The notes beneath the pieces are model-generated. The model saw only the letters and a list, made by a program, of their open reading frames with translations, was not told the DNA's origin and did no database searches. Of a DNA stretch of 64,000 nt, positions 36,864 to 47,233 are shown piece after piece. Source of the stretch: Lepidodermella squamata (lineage: Eukaryota > Animalia > Gastrotricha); the NCBI GenBank assembly GCA_047495785.1, contig JBLDXI010000074.1, positions 1,302,001 through 1,366,000 on the forward strand, read 5' to 3'. The position numbers and the translations under genes are program-made. Position 1 is the stretch's first letter. Every line of letters begins with the position of its first letter.

Positions 36864-37880
36864 TTAACCAATTTTTTTTGAAATAGTTATTATTCTAGGA
36901 TCAAGAGGTAGTTTCCACTTCTCAGGATAACAATAAGCTGGGCTCAGTGCGGTTGTAGGTTTGTGCTCCACAAAATATCGATTTAAATGTGATTCCTCCA
37001 TCCATAATGCTGTATAGTGGTCTTCAGTCATAAAGTCTTTCCTAGCACACTGTGATATGTGGCTGCATAGGTCTAAGAAATTGCTTCGTTTGCCTCCGTA
37101 AAGTGCGCTGTGGAAGTATCGCGTAGCTCGTCTGTCTGTTTCATTGATTGCAGCGCAGGAATCAAAATTACGCTCGAAGGGAAGCTTAGCGTTTTCATTA
37201 ACCCGATAGTAACTGGGATGCAGAGCGCCTACCAGGTCGCCGATTAATTCTCGGCCAACTTCTGATACGAACAGCAAATTAGCGTCCATAGAGTAGAGGT
37301 AGTCAATGTTCTGTAAAAATATGTGATCACGGCATTGCTGGGATTATATGAATTTTGACCTAACCAATTTCTCGTATAGGTTTGTAGAATTGAGGTAGAT
37401 GCCACATCGCCATAGATTCCCTTTCGGCCAGCCAATGTAAGGCTCAAGCACCCGGACGACATCGTTCACATTATCGATGTCTTCCGGTCGATCAGTGAAT
37501 ATGAAAAAGTAGACCTCAAACGCTCGACCGTCTTTCTCTGATCTCGAATGAAGATTCAAATGGACGCGAGCTGAATCAGCCAAACGATTCGACATTTTAG
37601 CGTACCAGCCGGTTGCCATTATCAGAAAGCCAATTTTAAAAACTGTTACTTCTAGATCCTTTGTAGTTGAGGAGCTCACTGTTTTTGTATTGAGAGCTGA
37701 AGACAATTTCGGCTTCGAAACAAGAGTACGAATGGTAGTGGAGTTGATATCGGTTTTCTGATCCCTTGACAACGAGAAAGCAGCCAAAACAGCCAAAATG
37801 ATCAAAAATATGACAAAAAGCTTGAAGGAAGACAGCCGTCTGTTAATATTAAGTGCCATGACTTCGTCTGTAAGAAGCAT
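36864..37880 (-). CDS. Glycosyltransferase family 6, type II membrane
   Basis: Exons 37880-37365 and 37310-36864. Motifs KIGFLIMATGWY, YFFIFTD, DYLYSMDAN, GDLVGALHP, LPFER, YFHSALYGG, WMEESHLNRYF, LSPAYC. Confidence 0.9.
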
Positions 37881-38186
37881 GCAAGTGACTGTTTGTTACT
37901 ACCTTATGCAGCTGACCGCCCCATCGATTTATGTGGTCACGCATTTATTGTCAAAGGTGATAAGTCGATCAAAGCTGTCGTCAATTTTACAACTACTACT
38001 ACTACTATACAATTTCAGCACCACGAATTCGAAATTTACTTCAGAACTTGTTCTCCAAAAGCATCAAACATTGAAACACGCATTTCACTCAATTCAAACA
38101 TCGAAATCCCACTTTATTTTACGATCTTTCCACTGAATGACATTGAATTTGAAAGCTTCAAAACCGGATTCTATACATATTTTAAA

Positions 38187-38612
38187 TTATGGCGCCTGGT
38201 TCACAATCAAAATATTATTAAATTTGTTAACAACTAGTTCTTGCACCGGCTCGGGTTGCAATCTCGCATTTATCACGACAAATTTCGCCAACCACTCAAA
38301 AACACCCCGCCAGCACCTTTCGAGCTGCTCCATCGGCGTCGAAGGTTGCGGCATAAATAGCCGCATGTGCTGCTCGTCCGAGTACATGCCAGCATTGCCA
38401 CTGGCCAGGAAAATGACAGGCGACACGAGGAAGACGACAGCCAATGAGATCCAGAGGATTCTCGCCAGCAACTGGCAGTACCACTGCCTTCCCATTTGCT
38501 CCCAGTGCTCGATTTCGGTGCACTTTGACGGCGGATGCATTACGCTGATATGAATGGCATCAGGAACATGCTCGATTAGTTTTACAGTTGCTTCTTCGTT
38601 CTTAGTAGCCAT
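38187..38612 (-). CDS. Hypothetical small membrane protein
   Basis: 141-aa ATG-initiated ORF with one hydrophobic segment (ILWISLAVVFLVSPVIFLA); no recognised family. Confidence 0.3.
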   Translation of the reverse strand: MATKNEEATVKLIEHVPDAIHISVMHPPSKCTEIEHWEQMGRQWYCQLLARILWISLAVVFLVSPVIFLASGNAGMYSDEQHMRLFMPQPSTPMEQLERCWRGVFEWLAKFVVINARLQPEPVQELVVNKFNNILIVNQAP

Positions 38613-39184
38613 GTTTAGCTGCTACACATTCAATGCTAATGCATAGGCCTAAATGAACATTGGTAATGCAAGTTGTTTAATCACGTAACAACTGAGTAAA
38701 CCTAAATAGTGAAATTATGATCGCACGTACTCTAATGTTTAATTGAGACTAATAAATTAGGGCTATGGTTGAGACTCATCTGATCATTTCACCTTCTCCG
38801 CAAGTGAATCGGAAGGAAATAAATCGAGCTCTAAGTCTACAGCTAATTAAAGATGTTTTAAGCTACGCCAACTACTCTCAATTTGATTAGGGAAAAACGG
38901 GTTGAAAATAGACTATCAATTTGGAATCCGCTTCCCTCATCAGAATAAGTAGGCCTAAACTAAGAAAGAAGCCTACACCAGCATTAGAAGTAGTCTCATA
39001 ATTTTCCAAGCCGTTAAAATCTATTTTTCAAAGGTGAAGAAACGCTTTGGTAAGAAAATACATAGAAGAAGTCGTTATTGCTTTCCATTTTGCGTATTTC
39101 CTCGCGCATCGATTATTCACTCGCGTTGTAGATAGTAAATAATTAAGTTCACAGGCTCTCTTAAATGTTTAATAACATCGATGA

Positions 39185-40284
39185 CTAGCTTGGAGGCTTG
39201 GCATGCGTCACCATCCGTGCGGCTTCGTGGTCCTTCATCATGGCCATGATCTTCATTTGGTAAGGCAGCTTCATGCCTAAATGTTTGCAAACTTTGTGAT
39301 TAAATCTAAAGAACTCCAATTTTCTTGGTAATTTTGTGGAAATTTTAATGTTTTTTAAGCTTACCTTGGCCGAAGCAATAAGCTGGGCTAAGAATGAGCG
39401 TAGGCGGTCTCACGAGAGCGAAGTAGTGATTTAAATGCGACTCGTCGTGCCAAATCGCCGTGTAAGACCCCTTCAAAGCTAGATCTTTCTCAATGCCAGC
39501 AGTCGTCACGTTGCACAGCTGTAGCACTTCCAAAGTTCGACCACCAAATACGCCGCCTGCAAAGTAGTTGGTGCCCTTGTTAAGAGGAATGTAGGCAGCA
39601 GATTTCGGATCTCGCTCGTAGTGGAACTCGTAGCGGAAATTGTTGACCCAGCCTGGGTGCAAGGTCCCAACGAGATCGCCCAGAATTTCTGGACCAACTG
39701 GTTGGACAATCATGAGATCAGCATCCAGTGAAAATAAGTAGTCCTCTTCCTAGAATTTAAATGTTGCTAGATCCATAATTCAGCCAGAATTGGTAAGATT
39801 TATCGGAAAATTAAGAAATATCGTTATCGAAATTTATACTTGCAGATTTACCTACTTGCTCGAGAATATCCCGCGATTTGATGTAGACCGAGCACCGCCA
39901 AAGGGTATCCGATGGCCAGCCTAGACGTTTTTGGTAGATAACAACAACGTCATCACCGTGGGGGGCTTGCTCTGCTCTATCCGTGAAAACGTAGAAGCTC
40001 AATTGATATAGCTGGCGCTGTTCGGGCGTCGCGAACATGTATCGCCGTGCTGACATGATGAGGAAACTTGAATAGCGAGCATAACGCCCTGTTGCCATGA
40101 TGAGAATACCGATTCGAATCTTTCGGCTTACAACGAAGCAATCAGGCGGGGTAGTAGTAGCATTAGATGCTTCAGCCACTGGTATGAAATTTGGCTCGGA
40201 GATTTTACTAAGGCTGATAAAATTCGCTAACAGAAAACCGATTGCTATTCCGACTAAAAATTTAGCATATTCGAATGAAAACAT
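39185..40284 (-). CDS. Glycosyltransferase family 6, type II membrane (most canonical copy)
   Basis: Exons 40284-39856, 39749-39365 and 39276-39185. Motifs IGILIMATGRY, FYVFTD, DYLFSLDAD, GTLHPGW, YERDPKSAAYIP..KG..YFAGGVFGG, AIWHDESHLN, LSPAYC, MKDHEAAR. Confidence 0.93.
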
Positions 40285-41227
40285 TATGGAAAAGATTATG
40301 TTATTGTTATAGTGCAATGGATCTAGGACTTATGAATGGAGTGCTGTTTGAAATTGGAGAGTAGCACGTGCCGGGTTTACACGATGAAATTTTATATATC
40401 TACATTGTTATTTACTTCAATTCGGATGAAAACCGGAAACATTTTCCTGCTTTATATTAATCGACTAGTTCAACGCTCTGCAAACTCGTTTTTTCCGGTT
40501 TCCGGCTGGGATTTAATGGCGGCCGCTAGGCTTTTCTCGAAGAATTGCTGGAATGCGGCCGGATGCCTCGTTTCGCAGCCAGAATTACTGTGAAATACGG
40601 TTATCTAGAGGTCGCTTCCCTCGCATACTGCATTGATGGGTCCAATGCGATAATCTTGAGCATTTCCCCTCATCGTTGGCTTTAGGAAGGGGAGAACAAT
40701 TAATGCGAATTGAAGTTAAGACCCACGGGAGTATTCGCAATGCCCAGTTCCCAGCCGAAAACACCAAAGGTTCTTGTGGTTTTTGTAGCCTTCCCGTCGT
40801 TGGCATCTTGAAGCTGGGGTACCCAGCAGCACCCCTGTACTTTCTCGTAACCTTAATCTGTGAGTCACGAACGTTGAGGGAAACAGTTCAGATGTATCTT
40901 TTTTGAGGAGTATGGACGGGTGCATGTACCGCATGACCTTGACTGAGTGGCAAGTCTCAGACATGAAAGATCCCACGACAACTTGGTACTTATATCTTAA
41001 ACAGTAGCTTGTGGAACAGACAGAATGAATCAACTGGAAATTGGAAAGAAAAACATGAAATTGCCATCTCGTATATGAGAGTCATTCCTAAATGTTTCTT
41101 TCAAAAGTATGATTCGATTTCTTCACGTTTCTTCACGTTATAACATCAAGTTATTTCTCGTATCGCATACTGCATACCCAGGTAGCCCAAGGTTGAAGTG
41201 AAACCAAATAATATGCCAAATAATATG

Positions 41228-42340
41228 TTAGCATAACAAAAGTATCGACGTTGTCATAATCATCGACGGAATCAACGCGTTTGAAGCTGACTTCTTGGCT
41301 ACAGCGGCCTGCATTCGAGCCATGGTAGTCGTAGTTGGTGCAACAAAAGTGAACTTAATTCGGCCACATTCTTCACTCGATCTCGCCAACGGCTTAGTAT
41401 AAGCCCCTGCGAAAGATTCAATATTTTCACGAATATGATCAAGGCTGAAACCTCCAACTTACGGCATGTTCCACTTAATTCGTCATCAGAGCATCTGTAG
41501 CAAAAGGTGGACTTAGCGCACAGCCTAACGTTTGGTTTGTCAGTATTTTCATCGCCAGCTATAGTGCATTTTTGTCCTTTCGCTAAATTGATCGTGGCGT
41601 TGCTATGGGCGCAAATCTTCCTGGTTACCATAGCCGCATTGTCAGGATCAAATGTCGTTATTTCAGTCTCTGAGCCTCTCGAAGTATCGCAGGCACATTT
41701 CCCACCCGAGCACATCAGAAGACTGTCGGGAACTTTGAATGTCGACGAGCATTCCTCGTCATTCGAGCACTTGTCGCCGATTTGCCGTGCGACGCATCTG
41801 CCAATGTTAGGATCGTAGTAGTCACTGGAATACCTGCACGAGCATGTGCCATCGGAACACCATTGCCAAATTCCTCCGCCGGCGCAATCTTCGATGGAGC
41901 TACATAGTGCTTTGCCAGCGCTGCAACCGTTCCCATCGACGGTGAAACGACACGTGACACGTTTAGCGGCAGGGTCGCATATCGCATTTGGTATTGTGAT
42001 TATTTCATTCGATTGGCCGCTGCACGTGCCGCCCAAATTGCTCACATAGCTCACTTAAGATCGAGAAAAAAGCTCAAATGAGAGAAATTAGGTTTCGATA
42101 TTTCCAAAATTCGGGATTTAAGTCACGTTTAAGGTAATTCAATCGATGTCAGTATGGTAGAAAAACGGTCATCCCGCTATCTATCGAATTCAGTTTATGC
42201 TATATAACAACTAACAACAGTAATTTATGCTTTATCGAAATTGAGAAATCAGAAATCGAGAGATCACGATAATATTTGAAGTAAAATCCCACCTGCATTG
42301 CTGCAAGACTTGCTAGTGCGAAGCCAAATTGAGCAGTCAT
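41228..42340 (-). CDS. Cys-rich EB-module-like surface protein, paralogue 4 (GPI-signal-like C-terminus)
   Basis: Exon 1 MTAQFGFALASLAAMQ. Main exon EIITIPNAIC...GNGC...GRCVARQIGDKC. Last exon ...EECG...TTTT...KKSASNALIPSMIMTTSILLLC*. Confidence 0.75.
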
Positions 42341-42890
42341 TGCAGAAACATCCAGAATACGGGCAAGGTGGATCCTGAATAAAGCGAAAAAAATGCCGTC
42401 ATAGCATTTCGAGGCCAAAAATCCAAACCAGAGCGGGGAAAGTTTCGCAACGCGAATTAGCCGGACAGGTGTCATTACCAGATACACTGCAATCTGCATT
42501 ATTATAATGTGCCATCACAAACCGCATATTTTTCGATGAGAAAAGTCAAACTTCGAAATGAGCTGATTACTTCTCTACCGGCGCCATTTAATTGCGAAAA
42601 AGCAAGCGTGATTACAGAGAACAGAAACTAGAAATTTAATTTGAGTGGCAAAAGTTTCATTGTAGATTTCGTAACATACGCATAAGACAGTCCTGAATTT
42701 CATAGGTAATTTAGCGAGTCTGGGAAAATAATTTGAACTGAGTACCAATGCGATTAGCGACAAAGATAATCGTCTTATTAACGCGAATTCTATTAACAAC
42801 TTTGCTTTCACGCTATATATCCATTGTTCTCGATGCTAAGCCAACAAACTGTTTGTATTTTGACAGCAGCCCACGTGCGCTGTATCACAT

Positions 42891-43554
42891 GCCGGCGTAT
42901 GTTTTTTCGCCGGTGAAATTTTAATACGCCGGGGCGCCCACAATAATAATTATGTTTATAGCTGCAGCTTTGAATAACGGAAATAGTATATTGTAACTGG
43001 TGTAGAGCTACCTAAGAACTAAAACAACCCGAAAATATTTCATTTTATACTTTATTTCAGGCTTTACTTTATCAGCGATATCATTGAAATTCAAATCAAA
43101 TAAAGTTTGACATTTTTCACGATATTCGCATTTTTCGGTCGGTTGTCACCTTCTGAGCTCTCGAAAATTGGCAAGCCGTCGATTTGTCCAGATTTAGTCC
43201 TCAATCGCACTATTTTTCGCTCGCCGGCGTATGTTTTTTCGCCGGTGAAATTTTAATACGCCGGGGCGCCCACAATAATAATTATGTTTATAGCTGCAGC
43301 TTTGAATAACGGAAATAGTATATTGTAACTGGTGTAGAGCTACCTAAGAACTAAAACAACCCGAAAATATTTCATTTTATACTTTATTTCAGGCTTTACT
43401 TTATCAGCGATATCATTGAAATTCAAATCAAATAAAGTTTGACATTTTTCACGATATTCGCATTTTTCGGTCGGTTGTCACCTTCTGAGCTCTCGAAAAT
43501 TGGCAAGCCGTCGATTTGTCCAGATTTAGTCCTCAATCGCACTATTTTTCGCTC
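42891..43554. repeat. Apparently exact 332-bp tandem duplication covering the 3' end and 3' flank of a GT6 gene
   Basis: Units 42891-43222 and 43223-43554 both begin GCCGGCGTATGTTTTTTCGCCGG and end ACTATTTTTCGCTC; no differences seen by eye. Confidence 0.93.
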
Positions 43555-44508
43555 GTACGGCAGAGCAGTGAACGTGGCTTCTTCTGGATAGCAATAGCTG
43601 ACGTTTAAAATCCTACTCGGTCTTGTAGGCCTTTCCAAAATCTGTCGATTGATGTACGCTTCATCCAGAAGAGGTGCTACGTAATTGCCAGCGTCGTAAA
43701 TGTCGTGTTTCACGCATTCGGAAATTTTCTGGCACAATGCCAAGAAGGTTTCCCGCTTTCCGCCGAAAATTGAGCTTGTGACGTAGTGCTTACCTTGAGA
43801 CATGTAATTCTTCAACGACGCACAGCTTCGCCTTGATTTCTCGTAAGGAAACTCGTAACGTTTCTTATTGATATAACCGGGGTGATCTACAGCGAATAAA
43901 TCTTGCAAGAGTTCCGCGTCAACTTGAGCAACAAAACGCATGTCGGCATCTAATGAAATGAGGTAGTCCATTGAATTGAGATAATCGGAATTTCTTGCAA
44001 GTTTAACATAGCTTGAGCAGCGGAGTAGGGAGTCGAAAGGCCATCCAAGGCGATTTTGCCTCACTACGACTATATCTTGGCCTCGAGGCAATAAATGCTT
44101 ACTCTGGCGATCGGTAAAGATGAAAAATGTTATGGATGACTCGTTTGAGACTAGAAAATGTTGTCTCGCCGAGGCGACTAAGGCTTCGGTTTGCCTCGCG
44201 TATTCCTCCTCAACTGCGTAGATCAAGATCCCAATTTTTCGGTTGATTTTTTCAGAGGTATATTTTTGAAAAATCGGAGGTAAAGACCTTCCGTAACGCT
44301 CCAAGTCCATCGCCCGGTCATAGGCCTCCATAATAGCTGCATCATGCTCAGTGAACTGGTCACTTGTGTCAAAACGGGTAACCAGCGAGTTGAACACATA
44401 TTCAGCTACTGACAGGAAAATGATCAGGACGGCTCCGATGATGAGAAGTAAACAGGAAATGAGGCTGAGGACTGGTAAAATCTGGCAAGATCTGCGACGT
44501 AGATTCAT
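43423..44508 (-). CDS. Glycosyltransferase family 6, intronless, type II membrane
   Basis: Single ORF with TM anchor and motifs KIGILIYA, FFIFTD, LGWPFDSLLR, DYLISLDADMRF, HPGY, FPYE, YVTSSIFGG, LLDEAYINR, SYCYPE. Confidence 0.9.
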   Translation of the reverse strand: MNLRRRSCQILPVLSLISCLLLIIGAVLIIFLSVAEYVFNSLVTRFDTSDQFTEHDAAIMEAYDRAMDLERYGRSLPPIFQKYTSEKINRKIGILIYAVEEEYARQTEALVASARQHFLVSNESSITFFIFTDRQSKHLLPRGQDIVVVRQNRLGWPFDSLLRCSSYVKLARNSDYLNSMDYLISLDADMRFVAQVDAELLQDLFAVDHPGYINKKRYEFPYEKSRRSCASLKNYMSQGKHYVTSSIFGGKRETFLALCQKISECVKHDIYDAGNYVAPLLDEAYINRQILERPTRPSRILNVSYCYPEEATFTALPYERKIVRLRTKSGQIDGLPIFESSEGDNRPKNANIVKNVKLYLI

Positions 44509-44943
44509 TTTGAATAATATCAATAATATTCAGCGATGAGAAATGATCTCAGGCTAAATAATATAGTTATTTGGCTCGCGAGTAGCGTTATTACACTGAT
44601 GCGGCTAATTATGGCGCTCCGTTGATCCAAAATCAATTGATATAATATCGCTTATAGCTTTATGACACGCGATAAGGAATCAGCGTATAGCATCGAATCG
44701 GTACATGTGGCTAAAGACTAAAGACTTGATCGACATTGATCTACGTGCAGCAATAGGGATGGGCCTGTACATACCTATATTTAAAAACCGTATTAAAACA
44801 TATCGTTAGCGTCGTTGAATCACTCGGATTTAGGCTTGTTTACGTCCGGTACAAATTCACGGATGACAAGTAAAAATCGGTTTTTTAACGTATGAATGGA
44901 GAGGCAAAAAAATAATGAGTTAAATGGTGAGCGCTGCGTAAAC

Positions 44944-46166
44944 CTGAGTGAGTGTAGCAGAATTAGGAGAAGCGCAACGAGCGCTCAAAATCTGTGCGAG
45001 TGTAGCACCACTCGGTGTTATGTAGCAAATCTGAAGTACCGTAGCAAAAATCTGAGTGAACGTAGCAAGTCGAAAAAGTTATAATTACAGATTATTTAAA
45101 ACATTTAGTAAAATTATTCAAACAAAATTGAATTGGGCAATTCCATGTCAATTGGACCGACTACCCAACCCATGTTTTCAGATCATCGCGAAACATTTTT
45201 TTCGGATAGAGCTCGAAAAACTAAGGTATTTTTAGTAGGTATTTTTAGGTATTTTTATATACTCTTGCGACTTTTGTTAACACTTGATTGTTAACACAAT
45301 TAATGATTATGAATTTCTCTGAAAAAGAAGGATCTTCAACTGAGGGGGTGGGTGATTTCCATCTTTCGCCAGCCTTCGCCCTCTTCAAAACCGTTTATCG
45401 ATACGGACATTGACTATATGAAAATATTACTATTATTATTATTTATATACTCTTGCGACTTTTCATCCCACGCAGTCGCTCACCTGTAAAATTCAAAACG
45501 TGAATCCATGGTATAGACCCTAAAATCGACGGATGGAAACAATTCTCAACATGAAAAAACTAATGTTCTTATAATTTTCAAAAAATTTCCGGATAAGCCA
45601 ATCGCGGCAGAAGAATGGCAAAGTTGCCATAAACCTGCAAAGACAGCTGTTTTCAAAAATGCTAGGAAATTAATTATGAGAGCCTGCAAGATTTAGCTGG
45701 GCTCATTCGATAGACCGCGAAATCTAGTATTTATCCGCCTAAACACAACAAATTTGAGAATGATTATTTAATGAAAATAATTAAATTTATAACGAGCGTT
45801 AGGTGTCATAAAGTGGTCGCGTGCCGCATCTTTGCGAATTCAGCTCGAATAAAGTCACTATAGAAAGATCGTTTGCTTCCTATCTGTTACAGTGCTGTCT
45901 ATGCCAGATACGAAATTTCTGTCGGCTTCGTCCATAATATAACAACTTTTTACAAAATTCAGTTTTGATCAAATTGCTACGTTCACCCTTATTTTTGCGA
46001 CCGTCGCACCGCCTGCCGCGTCAAAGCACGCGTTTACGCAGCGGATTAGATGAATGCGCGACGGATTACGTATAAGTGCTACTAAACACGCGTTGCTGCT
46101 ACACTGTTTTGATTTCTGCTACGTTCACTCTGCAGCGCAACTCACTTTTCTGCTACGCTCGCTCAG
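44944..46166. mobile_element. Probable non-autonomous DNA element with inverted ends and GTAGCA/TGCTAC subterminal repeats
   Basis: CTGAGTGAGTGTAGCAGAA (44944-44962) matches the reverse complement of TTCTGCTACGCTCGCTCAG (46148-46166) at 17/19. Multiple GTAGCA on the left, TGCTAC on the right; no coding ORF. Confidence 0.55.
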
Positions 46167-47233
46167 CCACCCAAAAATAATAGGCTTTTCACTTTTCACC
46201 TAGACCATCTTCTTGAAATGGATATAAACAACACGTAAAGAACAAGGATTTCTAAATCCGAGTTATTCAATGACGCTAGCGATATAGTTGAGAAGTAGTT
46301 GAGTAGTAGTTGAGAAGTACGAAAAACTTCAATTTCTTTGATAGTATCGTTCGAAAGAGAAAGATTGAAGTTTTTCGTACTTCTGATAAAAACTATCATA
46401 GCATTTAATCATAGCCGAAATGAATTTCTGCTTTATCGATCGGTGCTCGTATTGGCTACCATCAAACAATCTGCAAGCTGAATTCTGGTTTTTTAGCTAG
46501 TTAGTGTTGCTTCCGCGTTGGCGTAAATGCAAACTCGGAGGGTTAACGCTCTGATGTGCAAATTTGAAAACTTGTTCTTGACGGACAAAAGCTGTGCAAT
46601 CGGTTTTTGAGACCCTACAGGACACCTGTGACCAACTTGAATACACTAGAACACCTAATTACGCGCTTTTTAACACATTAGTGGATTAATTTCACACCAA
46701 AATCGATGAAATCAGTGATTGATTGGAAATCGCGTATTGATTATTGGCAAGATAATTGTTGCCCAGTGCCAGCGAACAGCTCGATATTCCGTGATTCAAC
46801 CCTTTCCAGCAGCAGATGGAAAAAACCAAGTCTATATTGGTATCACCTCAAGGGTCTCAACAATGTCGAAATGACGAAGCAACGAAGAAGCCACAACCTC
46901 AAAAGCTATAGCTATTTTTCATGTTATCTTGGCAAACGCGCCCCGATCCTGCGAAACCGAAATGTCTGGTTATTTTGGGGGAATCAAATTCTGCAACAGC
47001 TACGATTACAGGCTGAAAGCCTTGCTGAGAGTAACAAATTACTTGTGTTTAGACTAAGATCGATATTTTAATATGCAGCCGACTTGTTCCATCTTATTCC
47101 ACTAGAGCAATCAACTCAGCAGAGGTTATCATTCTTATAAGAATAATGGCTTGAGTGTTCTCGTTTAATAAGACGGGCTTGGTTTCGATGCACAGTTGAT
47201 AATTACAAATGTCGCACCGTAAAACAATGCAAA

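Noticed and set aside
36864-36880. Programmed -1 frameshift at A AAA AAA linking GT6 to FUT
   Set aside because: The -1 frame stops after about 11 codons; the FUT lies in the +1 frame.
40516-41010. Possible small plus-strand gene between GT6 and the Cys-rich paralogue
   Set aside because: Coding-like patches in different frames could not be joined into a consistent model and show no recognisable motif.
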